From assembly GCA_946488855.1 (NCBI GenBank), contig CAMLWC010000005.1, positions 1-49,185 on the forward strand: a stretch of DNA of 49,185 nucleotides, given 5' to 3'. The stretch comes from an uncultured Mycoplasmatota bacterium (GTDB lineage Bacteria > Bacillota_I > Bacilli_A > RF39 > UBA660). Made by a program: the position numbers and the translations under genes. The notes beneath the pieces were generated by a model. It did not search any database, was not told the DNA's origin, and saw only the letters and a list, made by a program, of their open reading frames with translations. Shown piece after piece: positions 10,004-19,872 of the stretch (the first letter of the stretch is position 1; each line of letters opens with the position of its first letter).

Positions 10004-10249
10004 TTAAAATGAATCAATATTAATTTTTACTTTTTTTAAACCATTAGCATATGATGAAGCTTGGACAATAGTTCTAATAGCATTAGCAATAACACCTTGT
10101 TTTCCAATTACAGAACCAATTACACTATTATCTACTAATACTTGAATTGTAATATAATCTTCATCATCCTCAAATTGTTTAACTGAAATCATATCAGGAT
10201 CAGTTACAACACTTTTTACTAAAAATTCTGTCAATTCTACTAAATTCAT
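10004..10249 (-). CDS. khpA: KH-domain RNA-binding protein KhpA
   Basis: GSVIGKQG...AIRTIV; directly downstream of rpsP. Confidence 0.9.
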   Translation of the reverse strand: MNLVELTEFLVKSVVTDPDMISVKQFEDDEDYITIQVLVDNSVIGSVIGKQGVIANAIRTIVQASSYANGLKKVKINIDSF

Positions 10250-10251
10250 AA

Positions 10252-10530
10252 TTATTCTCCTTTTGTCATTTTAGACTCATGGAAATTTTTTAAAATACCT
10301 TGTTTTTTGAATAAAGCTCTTACAGTATCAGTTGGAATTGCTCCATTACTTAACCATTTTTGTGCTAATTGTTCATCAATTTTAATTTCTGCAGGTTCAG
10401 TAATTGGATTATAATAACCGATTTCTTCAATAACTTTACCATCTCTTTTACTTCTAGAGTCTGCAGCTACTACACGATAAAATGGTCTTTTTTTAGCTCC
10501 CATTCTTTTTAATCTTAATTTAACAGCCAT
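10252..10530 (-). CDS. rpsP: 30S ribosomal protein S16
   Basis: [26 protein letters not shown]. Confidence 0.98.
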   Translation of the reverse strand: MAVKLRLKRMGAKKRPFYRVVAADSRSKRDGKVIEEIGYYNPITEPAEIKIDEQLAQKWLSNGAIPTDTVRALFKKQGILKNFHESKMTKGE

Positions 10531-10600
10531 CATTAATCACTCCTTTTCTTGAACAATTGTAACATAAAAATCAAAAAGTGTCAACTATTTTTGGTTGACA

Positions 10601-11122
10601 CTATATATAATTTTCATTTATTTCATCTAATTCTTTGTCAATGTCATCGTCCACTATATCTTCCCATGGTTCTTCATCTTCTTCAATAGCTATTTTTACT
10701 TTTGTTTCACCTACTATTTCAACACCTAATTCTTTTTCAATATCAAAAGAAATTTGATTATTTTCTAATATATTAACGCCCAAACATGTAGGTTGACTTA
10801 AAGTCCTTACAATTATATCTGTTTCACTACTTAAATCAGCATTTTCTTTTAATTTTACATTAAATAAATCATTGTATTCAATCTTTTGATTAACAACAGT
10901 TGTTTTAGAATCATTTTCATAAGAATACCAAATATTTACATCAAAAGACCCATCGACACCTATTTTATCTCCTGTTTTATATCCTTTAAACTTATGATTA
11001 ATTACCCAACATCCTAAAATAGTAGTTGGTTGATCACTAGTAGTTATTTTATAATTATTTTTAAAATATTTTTTACCTTTACCAATAACTGCCTTAGTGA
11101 CTATTTCTTTATATAAAGACAC
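10601..11122 (-). CDS. cotE: Outer spore coat morphogenetic protein CotE
   Basis: YKEIVTKAVIGKG...PTTILGCWVINH...DVNIWYSY..SKT and acidic tail; GTG start at 11122 after GAGGTG. Confidence 0.9.
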   Translation of the reverse strand: MSLYKEIVTKAVIGKGKKYFKNNYKITTSDQPTTILGCWVINHKFKGYKTGDKIGVDGSFDVNIWYSYENDSKTTVVNQKIEYNDLFNVKLKENADLSSETDIIVRTLSQPTCLGVNILENNQISFDIEKELGVEIVGETKVKIAIEEDEEPWEDIVDDDIDKELDEINENYI

Positions 11123-11139
11123 AATATCACCTCTCATTT

Positions 11140-11166
11140 TAATATATGCAACAAATAGTCATTTGT
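11140..11166 (-). promoter_or_regulatory. Mother-cell sigma (SigK/SigE-type) promoter of cotE
   Basis: AC-16 nt-CATATATTA matches the SigK consensus AC-N16-CATANNNTA. Confidence 0.55.
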
Positions 11167-11185
11167 ACATAAAAAAACAAATAAA

Positions 11186-12265
11186 TTACTTTATTTGTTC
11201 CCATGGTAAATTATTATAACCAAAATGACCATAACTTGCAATATCATAATAAATTGGTCTTAATAAATTTAATTCTTTTATAATGTTATCAACTGAAAAA
11301 TCAAAATTATTTTTAACATAATCATTTATTTCTTCCATACTTACTTTATTAGTATTAAATGTTTCAATATTAACACTAATAGGTTGTTCTAATCCAATAG
11401 CATAAGATAATTCAACTTCACATCTATCACATAAATTATGATATACAATATTCTTAGCTACATACCTCGCATAATAAGCAGCACTTCTATCTACTTTAGA
11501 TGGATCTTTACTACTAAAACAACCACCACCTACTTTTCCAACACCACCATATGTATCAACAACTATTTTTCTTCCAGTTGTGCCACTATCTCCAAATGGT
11601 CCACCAACAACAAAAGAACCGCTTGTATTAATCAATATCTTAGTATCTATCATTAATTCTTTAGGTATAACTTCTTCAATTACATTTTCTTTTATATATT
11701 TTTTCAATTCTTCTTGCGTAACATCTTTTCTATGTTGAGATGAAACGATTATTGTATCAATTCTTTTAGGAATATTATCTACATATTCTACTGTAACTTG
11801 AGCTTTACCATCTGGCATTAAAATAGAATTTTTATCTTTCTTTCTAACTAAAGTTAGTTGCTTTGTTAATTTATTAGCAAGTAAAATAGGTAAAGGCATA
11901 AATTCTTTTGTTTCATTAGTTGCATAACCAAACATTATCCCTTGATCACCTGCACAAACTTTATTTTTAGAAATTGCATTATTAATTTCTTGTGATTGAC
12001 CACTTACTTTAACTAACACTTCAAAATCATCATTATATCCAATATCTTTAAGTACATCTTTAGCTATTTTTTCATAATTTAATTTTGCTTTAGTATTAGC
12101 TTCACCATAGATTAAAATAAAATTATCTTTAATTGTTGCTTCTACAGCCATATGACTATTAATATCTTCCGTTAAAGCCATATCCAATATTTTATCACTT
12201 ATTTTGTCACATATCTTGTCTGGGTGACCTTCTGTCACTGATTCACTAGTTATAAATTTTTTCAT
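11186..12265 (-). CDS. metK: S-adenosylmethionine synthetase
   Basis: TSESVTEGHPDK, AGDQG, GRKIVVDTYG, KVDRSAAY. Confidence 0.97.
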   Translation of the reverse strand: MKKFITSESVTEGHPDKICDKISDKILDMALTEDINSHMAVEATIKDNFILIYGEANTKAKLNYEKIAKDVLKDIGYNDDFEVLVKVSGQSQEINNAISKNKVCAGDQGIMFGYATNETKEFMPLPILLANKLTKQLTLVRKKDKNSILMPDGKAQVTVEYVDNIPKRIDTIIVSSQHRKDVTQEELKKYIKENVIEEVIPKELMIDTKILINTSGSFVVGGPFGDSGTTGRKIVVDTYGGVGKVGGGCFSSKDPSKVDRSAAYYARYVAKNIVYHNLCDRCEVELSYAIGLEQPISVNIETFNTNKVSMEEINDYVKNNFDFSVDNIIKELNLLRPIYYDIASYGHFGYNNLPWEQIK

Positions 12266-12291
12266 AAAATTACCTCCAATTATATTATATG

Positions 12292-12407
12292 AAAAAAGAC
12301 TCCATGAAAGAGTCATTTTTTTCTTTCATCGTTATTAGCTTTACCACCTAACTTAATAGGTTGGTATGAGTTCATTGAGCTAATCCTCTCCCTCATTCTT
12401 GATAAAA
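12292..12407 (-). ncRNA. SAM-I (S-box) riboswitch with terminator, lacking helix P4
   Basis: P1 TTTTATC/GATGAAAG, AAGA, kink-turn P2, P3 ACC-AAC-CTA..TAG-GT-GGT, pseudoknot TTAG/CTAA; terminator GACTC-N7-GAGTC-T6; upstream of metK. Confidence 0.9.
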
Positions 12408-12411
12408 ATTA

Positions 12412-13818
12412 TTAAATTATTTCGCCATCCATACTCCATGTTTTAACTGAAGTTATCTTAACATTTACTATTTTTCCTAAATAGCTACTATCTGCTTTAA
12501 CATTTACTAATTTCATTGTATCGGTATATCCTTTTAAATAACTACCATTTTTACTACTATAATCTTCTAATAATACAGGTACTACTTTATTTAAATATTT
12601 ATCATTATTTTCTTTTGAATATTTATTTATTAAATCATTTAAAATTTGTAATCTTTCTTCTTTTTCTTCTAATGTTATTTCATCTTTCATACGACAAGCA
12701 GGTGTCCCTATTCTAGGTGAAAAGATAAAAGTAAATGCTCCATCGTATTTGCACTTGTTAACTACATCTAAAGTATCTAAAAAATCTTCTTTAGTTTCAT
12801 TTGGAAAACCAACTATAATATCAGTTGTAATAGAACAATTAGGTATTTTAGATTTTAATTTATTATATAATGTTAAATATTCTTCTTTAGTATATCTTCT
12901 ACCCATTAATTTTAATATTTTGTTAGATCCAGATTGTAAAGGTAAATGAATATAAGGCATAATATTTTTATATTTACTTATTACTTCAATCATGTCATCA
13001 TTAAAGTCCCAAGGATGACTAGTTACAAATCTAACTCTTTCAATATTAGTTTTAGCAACATCTTCTAATAAATTAGCCATATTATAATCAATATCTAAAT
13101 CTTTTCCATAAGCATTAACATTTTGACCTAATAATGTAACTTCTTTATATCCTTCTTTAATTAATTGATTTACTTCATCAATGATATATTTTGGTAATCT
13201 ACTTCTTTGTTTTCCTCTAGTATAAGGAACTATACAATAAGTACAAAATTTATCACAACCATACATGATATTAACCCAAGCCTTATATTTACTATCTCTT
13301 TTAACTGGTATGTTTTCAATTACATCTCCCTCAATAGAGAATACATCAATTTCTTGTTTATTTTTTGATTTTTCAATTATATTAGGTAAATCATAAATAT
13401 TATGAGTACCAAAAACAAAATCAATCCATTTATATTTATTTAATATTTCTTCAACTATTACTTCTTCTTGAGCCATACAACCACCGAAACCAACCATAAC
13501 TTCTTTAGTTTGTTTCATATGCTTAATTCTACCTAATAATCCAAATACTTTATTATGAGCATTTTCTCTTATAGCACATGTATTTAAAATAATTAAATTA
13601 GCATCTTCCATATTATCAGTTGCAGTATATCCCATATCTTCTAATATTGCTTTAATGTTTTCAGAATCATGTTCATTCATTTGGCAACCATATGTTTTTA
13701 CAAAATATTTTTTATCTTTACCTAATAATTTTTGTTCTTCAGTTATTTTATAATTTTCTAAAATTTGAACTTTTTCTTTTGTTCTTTTCCTTGCATCATT
13801 TAAATTTGGTAGATTCAT
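12412..13818 (-). CDS. miaB: tRNA methylthiotransferase MiaB
   Basis: TYGCQMNEHDSE, radical-SAM motif CDKFCTYC, C-terminal TRAM domain. Confidence 0.96.
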   Translation of the reverse strand: MNLPNLNDARKRTKEKVQILENYKITEEQKLLGKDKKYFVKTYGCQMNEHDSENIKAILEDMGYTATDNMEDANLIILNTCAIRENAHNKVFGLLGRIKHMKQTKEVMVGFGGCMAQEEVIVEEILNKYKWIDFVFGTHNIYDLPNIIEKSKNKQEIDVFSIEGDVIENIPVKRDSKYKAWVNIMYGCDKFCTYCIVPYTRGKQRSRLPKYIIDEVNQLIKEGYKEVTLLGQNVNAYGKDLDIDYNMANLLEDVAKTNIERVRFVTSHPWDFNDDMIEVISKYKNIMPYIHLPLQSGSNKILKLMGRRYTKEEYLTLYNKLKSKIPNCSITTDIIVGFPNETKEDFLDTLDVVNKCKYDGAFTFIFSPRIGTPACRMKDEITLEEKEERLQILNDLINKYSKENNDKYLNKVVPVLLEDYSSKNGSYLKGYTDTMKLVNVKADSSYLGKIVNVKITSVKTWSMDGEII

Positions 13819-13895
13819 TAAAATCACTTCCTAGGTATAAATAATATCATATTTATAAAATTATTTCAAGAAAAAACTGTACAATTAAGTACAAT

Positions 13896-15530
13896 TTAAA
13901 CCTCTTGAATCATAATTAAAATAATTGGTTTTGATTCTGTTTGTTGATAAAAATAATTACCTACTTTATCTCTTATTTCATTCTTAGTTTTGCCATAATC
14001 AATATACGATACTTTAGTATTATTTTTAATTATTTCTAAAGACATATTTTCTGCTTCTTTAATCAAGTCTATATTTTCTTTAACATAAACAAAACCTTTA
14101 GTTACAATTTGTGGACCTGATAAAATTTGTTTTGTAGATTTATCAACGATAGCTAATATTAAGACAATACCATTTTCACCTAACATTTCACGATCTTTAA
14201 TAACTAAGTCACCAATATCGCCTACTGTTTTACCATCAATTAATATATCATCAACTTTCACAAATTCTTTTTCTTCTGTTAAATTACCATTAACAAAAGT
14301 AGCAACTTCACCATTTAACTTAAGAATTATATTTTCATCTTTCATACCCATTTGTTTAGCAACTTCACTATTAGCTACTTGATGTCTATATTCACCATTT
14401 ACAGGAAAATAATATTTAGGTTGTAATAAATTAAGCATTAACATCAAATCTTCACTTGACGCGTGTAATGAATTAAATTGTTTACTAGACATAGTTATTA
14501 AATTGCAGCCTTTTTTTGCTATGTCATCAAATAACATAGTAGCACTTTTTTCCATTCCATCATATACAGGTGAAGCAAATATAATTGTATCATCTTCTGA
14601 TAAAGTTATAAATTTATCATATCCTTTAACAATTCTTTTAATATTAGAAAATGGTTTTTCTCTTTCATCAGATACTATAATAATTGAATCTTTTTCTAAA
14701 TGATGAATATTTCCAATTCTTGATTTATCAAAATTAATGTAACCATTATTAATTGCTTTTATTAAATTAGTTTCTAATCTTTTTCCTAAAATAATAACTT
14801 TCTTATTTGCTTCAGTAACAGTATTCAATAACTCTTGAATTCTAAATATTTGTCCTTGTAATATATTAATTAAAATTCTATTATTACATGTATTGATAAT
14901 TTCTCTTAAAAAATTATAGCTTCTATGTTTAGGTGAAGTATATCCTATCTTATCAGCATATAATGATTCGCTCAATAAACATAATACTCCCTGTTTACCG
15001 ACATAAGCAAGTTTTCCAATATCTGTCTTATAATTTCCTTGCATAGCTGAATCAAAAACAAAATTACCAGTATAAAAAATTGCACCATCTTTAGTATACA
15101 AAACATAACCAACACTATCAGGAACAGAATGTGATAAACTAATTGGAAAAATATAATTTTTACCTACTTTTATCTTTTTATGTGGTTTAATTTCAATTAA
15201 ATCTGCTTTTATTTTTTCTTGCTCTAATTCTTCTTTTAATAAATCTAAAGTAAATTTTGTTCCATATATTTTAATATTAGGTAAATCATAAAGTATATCA
15301 GGAATCGCACCCATTTGTTCATCATGACCATGTGATAAAAATATACCTTGAATTTTATTTTTATTTTTAATTAAATAATCATAATTAGGTATTATATAAT
15401 CAACGCCTAACATTTTATCATCAGCATATTTTAAACCGGCATCAAATATATATATTTCATCATCTACATTAACTATATACATATTTTTACCTATTTCATT
15501 TAAACCACCTAAAGCGAATATTTTAATCAT
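13896..15530 (-). CDS. rnjB: Ribonuclease J2-like (degenerate active site)
   Basis: ALGGLNEIGKNMY; metal motif HGHDEQ instead of HGHEDH. Confidence 0.85.
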   Translation of the reverse strand: MIKIFALGGLNEIGKNMYIVNVDDEIYIFDAGLKYADDKMLGVDYIIPNYDYLIKNKNKIQGIFLSHGHDEQMGAIPDILYDLPNIKIYGTKFTLDLLKEELEQEKIKADLIEIKPHKKIKVGKNYIFPISLSHSVPDSVGYVLYTKDGAIFYTGNFVFDSAMQGNYKTDIGKLAYVGKQGVLCLLSESLYADKIGYTSPKHRSYNFLREIINTCNNRILINILQGQIFRIQELLNTVTEANKKVIILGKRLETNLIKAINNGYINFDKSRIGNIHHLEKDSIIIVSDEREKPFSNIKRIVKGYDKFITLSEDDTIIFASPVYDGMEKSATMLFDDIAKKGCNLITMSSKQFNSLHASSEDLMLMLNLLQPKYYFPVNGEYRHQVANSEVAKQMGMKDENIILKLNGEVATFVNGNLTEEKEFVKVDDILIDGKTVGDIGDLVIKDREMLGENGIVLILAIVDKSTKQILSGPQIVTKGFVYVKENIDLIKEAENMSLEIIKNNTKVSYIDYGKTKNEIRDKVGNYFYQQTESKPIILIMIQEV

Positions 15531-15590
15531 TTTCTTACCTCCTTTCATTTAAAAAGACTAATTAATTATATCAAAAAATAACAAATTAGT

Positions 15591-16019
15591 CTAGTTCTTA
15601 AAAATTAATGATTTTATTTTTTCTTTTTCTCTTTGTTTATTTATGTCATTAATTGCTTTTTTTGCTAATCTAACAGACATAAATGGTTTAATAAATTTTG
15701 AACTATAATTCGATAAAGGTTCAAAATTAATATATCCATCATTTGTTTTATCCGATTCAATATTTAAATTGTCACATATTACTTCATAATCATTTAATGA
15801 AGTAACAATCGGCTTATAAATTTTATTATCAAATAAATTCATATAACCAACAAAATTTTCTTTTTCATCTATAACTAAAACAAATATGCTTTTTTCTTTT
15901 TTTATTTCAAAATGATGAATTACAGTGGTTGAGTTATATATACCACCATACACATATTCTAATGTTTCATCAACATAATCAGCTATGTATAATTTATTTA
16001 ATGGTATCTTTTCAAACAT
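15591..16019 (-). CDS. Hypothetical protein
   Basis: 142-aa ORF with RBS AAAGGA and its own promoter-like TTGACA...TATACT. Confidence 0.75.
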   Translation of the reverse strand: MFEKIPLNKLYIADYVDETLEYVYGGIYNSTTVIHHFEIKKEKSIFVLVIDEKENFVGYMNLFDNKIYKPIVTSLNDYEVICDNLNIESDKTNDGYINFEPLSNYSSKFIKPFMSVRLAKKAINDINKQREKEKIKSLIFKN

Positions 16020-16106
16020 AAAATTTTCCTTTCTTTTTTTGAGGGGGAATTTAAGTATATCATAAAAAAAAAATAAGTGTCAATAAAATTGGTATAATTT
16101 ACCATA

Positions 16107-16328
16107 TTATTGACAACTTACAATAATAGCATCATCACCGATTGTTTTTATTTGACTCCATTTAATTTCTACTTCATCTTTTGAAGTAAACATTGAAATT
16201 AAAAATTTTGTTTTTTCAACAATTAAATATTTTATTGTCCCATTTTCTATTACTACATCTATAATATTACCTATTAATTTGCCATCAGTAGTTATTATAT
16301 TTTTTGATTGTAAATCGCTTAACCGCAT
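16107..16328 (-). CDS. YlmC/YmxH family PRC-barrel sporulation protein
   Basis: MRLSDLQSK...DGKLIGNIID...IKWSQIKTIGDDAIIV; follows sigG. Confidence 0.9.
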   Translation of the reverse strand: MRLSDLQSKNIITTDGKLIGNIIDVVIENGTIKYLIVEKTKFLISMFTSKDEVEIKWSQIKTIGDDAIIVSCQ

Positions 16329-16353
16329 TTATACCACCTATTAAAATTTATGA

Positions 16354-17127
16354 TTATTTTAATGTTTTTTTCATATTATCCAAACAATTTTTTTCTATTC
16401 TAGATATTTGAGCTTGTGATATACCAATTTCTTCTGATAATTCCATTTGCGTAATACCTTCAAAATATCTTTTATAAATTATATATTTTTCCTTTTCTTT
16501 TAAGTTATTTATAGCTTCTCTTAACATAATACTCATATCTTGACCAATTTTATCCTTTTTATCAGCTATTTGTTCTTCTAAATATATAGTATCACCACCA
16601 TCACTATAGATTGGTTCAGACATACTAACTGCATCTTTAACTGCTTCAAAAGCTTGAATAACATCTAACTCTTCTAATTCTAAAACATCAGCTATTTCTT
16701 TTATAGATGGTTCCCTATTTAATTTATTAGTTAATTCTTCTTTAGCTTTTAATCCTTTATATGCAATATCTTTCAAATTTCTTGTTACTCTTAAAGAACT
16801 GTTATCTCTTAAATATCTTTTAATTTCTCCTAATATCATTGGTACTGCATAAGTCGAAAACTTAACCTCATGAGATAAATCAAAATTATCGATTGCTTTA
16901 ATTAAACCAACACAACCAACTTGAAATAAATCATCTAAATTATCTGTTCTGTTATTGTACTTTCTTAAAATAGATAAAACTAATTTTAAATTACCATTAA
17001 TCAAATCTTCTTTTGCTAGCTTATTACCATTTTGATACTTTTTAAACAAATCAATCATTTCTTCATTACTTAAAACTTTAATATTCGCAGTATTCACGCC
17101 ACATATTTCAACTCTATGACGTGCCAT
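16354..17127 (-). CDS. sigG: Forespore sigma factor SigG
   Basis: SigG-specific N-terminus VEICGVNT, DDLFQVGCVGL, SQAQISRIEK. Confidence 0.92.
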   Translation of the reverse strand: MARHRVEICGVNTANIKVLSNEEMIDLFKKYQNGNKLAKEDLINGNLKLVLSILRKYNNRTDNLDDLFQVGCVGLIKAIDNFDLSHEVKFSTYAVPMILGEIKRYLRDNSSLRVTRNLKDIAYKGLKAKEELTNKLNREPSIKEIADVLELEELDVIQAFEAVKDAVSMSEPIYSDGGDTIYLEEQIADKKDKIGQDMSIMLREAINNLKEKEKYIIYKRYFEGITQMELSEEIGISQAQISRIEKNCLDNMKKTLK

Positions 17128-17130
17128 ATA

Positions 17131-17179
17131 AAAAATCTCCTTTCATATCAATTATGATATAAAAAGAGATTTTTAATTC
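17131..17179 (-). promoter_or_regulatory. 20-bp hairpin occluding the sigG RBS, overlapping a SigF/SigG-type promoter
   Basis: AAAAATCTCTTTTTATATCA-TAAT-TGATATGAAAGGAGATTTTT; GAATT-18 nt-CATAATT. Confidence 0.7.
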
Positions 17180-17180
17180 A

Positions 17181-18338
17181 TTATTTTATAAAATTACCAT
17201 CAAATATTAATTCTTCATCACCATATATTTTTAAATCAGAAGTACCAATCATAAAATCAACATGAGTACTACTTTTATTAACTATATCAAAATTAGGTTC
17301 TTTAATACATTCTAAATAACTTGAACCTAAAGCTAAGTGGCAAGCAGCATTTTCATCATATAAAGTTTCATAAAAAACTAAATTAGATTTTGATATTGGC
17401 GAATCATAATCAACTAAAGCTACTTCTCCTAAATACTTAGAATTTTCATCAGTTTCAATAATTTGCCTTAAAATATCATTACCTTTTTTAGCATCAAAAT
17501 TAACAACTTCACCATCTTTAAACTCTAAATAAAAATCTTCAATTAAACTACCATTATATACTAATGGTTTAGAACTATAAACTATTCCATTAACTCCATA
17601 TTTGTAAGGTGATGTAAATATTTCTTCAGTTGGCATATTCGCAATCGTAGGAGTACCATTTATAATAGTATTACCTCCAGCCCAAATATGATCTTTAGGG
17701 AGTTCTATTGTTAAATTAGTTCCTAAACTATTTTTAAAAGTTAATTTTTTATATTGCTTATTATTCATAAATTCTGATTTTTTACTATTTAATTTAATCT
17801 TATTATCCCATTCTTTAATTGGATCATTTTTATCGACTAAACACATTTTATAAATAATATTCCATAATTTATTTACATTATCATCTTCATTTGGAAATAA
17901 CTTATCAGCCCATGTTTTAGTTACAACAGATGCAATACACCATACTATCTCATTTTTTAATTGTCTATCCTTATATATTGGTTTAGTTTCTCTTACCAAT
18001 TTAGCACTTAAATCTAATTTATCACTACTTATACCACTAAAATCTTCATAAGCGTATAACATTAAAAAACAAGCATCTTTTTTAGCATATTCATCAAATA
18101 TTGATTTATTAAAAAAAGGACTATTTTTTAAATCTTCTTCACTTAAATTTTTTAATTGTAATTTTTTTAATTCTTCATCTTCAAAATCAATATATATATC
18201 TTTAACACCAATTCCATAAGATTTTTTGATTAATATTCTAACAAAATCATAAGCTTCAATCGGACAAGATATTAATAATGGTTGATTTGTTATATTTAAA
18301 CATCTTTTTAATAATAATTCTGCATACTTCTCTTGCAT
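17181..18338 (-). CDS. M29 family aminopeptidase (AmpS/PepS-like)
   Basis: NMPTEEIFT, LGEVALV, LYDENAACHLALG, HVDFMIG. Confidence 0.93.
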   Translation of the reverse strand: MQEKYAELLLKRCLNITNQPLLISCPIEAYDFVRILIKKSYGIGVKDIYIDFEDEELKKLQLKNLSEEDLKNSPFFNKSIFDEYAKKDACFLMLYAYEDFSGISSDKLDLSAKLVRETKPIYKDRQLKNEIVWCIASVVTKTWADKLFPNEDDNVNKLWNIIYKMCLVDKNDPIKEWDNKIKLNSKKSEFMNNKQYKKLTFKNSLGTNLTIELPKDHIWAGGNTIINGTPTIANMPTEEIFTSPYKYGVNGIVYSSKPLVYNGSLIEDFYLEFKDGEVVNFDAKKGNDILRQIIETDENSKYLGEVALVDYDSPISKSNLVFYETLYDENAACHLALGSSYLECIKEPNFDIVNKSSTHVDFMIGTSDLKIYGDEELIFDGNFIK

Positions 18339-18420
18339 TTTATCACTCTCCTATATCTATTATATCCCAAAATGATACATTTTAATTATTTTTTTAATAT
18401 ACTTAATTAGGTGATGAATT

Positions 18421-18900
18421 ATGTACAAATCAAATTTACCGTATCCAGATATTAAAGTTGAAAAAGAAAATATCGAATATGCCGAATTATTATCATATCC
18501 ATATGTAGGATTAGTTAGTGAAGATACTGCTACTCATCTATATATGTATCAATCATTTATTTTAGATGGTGAAATAAGTAATATATTAGAAAAAATTGCT
18601 ATAGTTGAAATGCATCATTTAGAATTATTAGCAAAAACAATTAAACTATTAGGTTTGAATCCAGAATATAAAGTAAATGATATTTATTGGAATGCTAATT
18701 ATGTTAATTATAATAATAATTTAAAAGATATATTAAAAATAAACATTGAAGCAGAAACATTAGCAATTAAAAACTATAAAAACTTAATTAAAGTAATAGA
18801 TGATAAATATGTTAAAGAATTACTAAGAAGAATTATTATTGACGAAGAAATACATTTACAAATATTTAAAAATTTATATGAAAAAAATAGTCAGCAATGA
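18421..18900 (+). CDS. Ferritin-like di-metal protein (Mn-catalase/CotJC-like clan)
   Basis: SEDTA..YMYQ, EMHHLE, AETLAI..Y and DEEIH four-helix ligand pattern. Confidence 0.8.
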   Translation: MYKSNLPYPDIKVEKENIEYAELLSYPYVGLVSEDTATHLYMYQSFILDGEISNILEKIAIVEMHHLELLAKTIKLLGLNPEYKVNDIYWNANYVNYNNNLKDILKINIEAETLAIKNYKNLIKVIDDKYVKELLRRIIIDEEIHLQIFKNLYEKNSQQ

Positions 18901-18915
18901 CTATTTATTTTTATA

Positions 18916-18992
18916 TGGTAGCGAGAGGGGGATTCGAACCCTCGACCTACTGGGTATGAACCAGGTGCTCTAGCCAACTGAGCTATCTCGCC
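18916..18992 (-). tRNA. tRNA-Met(CAT), elongator type
   Basis: GGCGAGA...CTGG-TT-CAT-AC-CCAG...TCTCGCT-ACCA; resembles the Bacillus elongator tRNA-Met and lacks initiator features. Confidence 0.9.
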
Positions 18993-19043
18993 AAAAATTG
19001 AACAATATAATAATATCATATTAATTCAATTTTGACAATAGTT

Positions 19044-19871
19044 TTATAAATTTTTTTCATAATTTTTTAAAACATTAGAAAGCAACATTGCTACAGTCAT
19101 TGGCCCTACTCCACCAGGAACAGGTGTTATGTAAGATGCTATATCTTTAATATTATTGAAATCAACATCCCCATATAATTTACCATCTACTCTATTCATT
19201 CCTACATCTATTACAATAGAATTTTCTTTAACCATATCTTTAGTTATCAAATCTTTTTTACCAACTGCACTTATTAATATATCAGCTTGTTTAGTAAAAT
19301 TACTTAAATTTTTTGTTTTAGAATGACAAATTGTAACAGTTGCACCATTTTGTAATAGCAACATTGCAAGTGGTTTACCTACTAAATTTGATTTTCCAAC
19401 TACAACAGCATGTTTTCCTTCAATATCAATATTATATTCTTTTAATAAATTCATAATTCCTAAAGGTGTACAAGGAACTAAATTATTATAATTTTTAAAT
19501 AACATTCCCATATTAATATCTGTTAATCCATCAACATCTTTATTTTTATTTATTAAATTTAATAATCTATATGTATCAAATGTTTTAGGAATTGGTAATT
19601 GAATCAATATACCATTTACATAGTTGTCATTATTTAATTCTATTATCTTATTAATTATTTCTTGCTCTAAAGCATCTTCTTCAAATTTAATATGAATAAA
19701 ATTTATTCCTACATTTTCACAAGCTTTAGCTTTAGTTTTGATATATATATTACTAGCTTCATCATTACCAATTTGAATAACAGCTAAAGTAGGTTTAATT
19801 AGATAATTTTTTGTTTTTAATTTAATTTCTTCTTTGATTTTATCACTTAATGCTTTTCCATCTAATAACAT
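19044..19871 (-). CDS. folD: Methylene-THF dehydrogenase/cyclohydrolase
   Basis: KDVDG, PCTPLG, ITPVPGGVGPMT. Confidence 0.97.
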   Translation of the reverse strand: MLLDGKALSDKIKEEIKLKTKNYLIKPTLAVIQIGNDEASNIYIKTKAKACENVGINFIHIKFEEDALEQEIINKIIELNNDNYVNGILIQLPIPKTFDTYRLLNLINKNKDVDGLTDINMGMLFKNYNNLVPCTPLGIMNLLKEYNIDIEGKHAVVVGKSNLVGKPLAMLLLQNGATVTICHSKTKNLSNFTKQADILISAVGKKDLITKDMVKENSIVIDVGMNRVDGKLYGDVDFNNIKDIASYITPVPGGVGPMTVAMLLSNVLKNYEKNL

Positions 19872-19872
19872 A

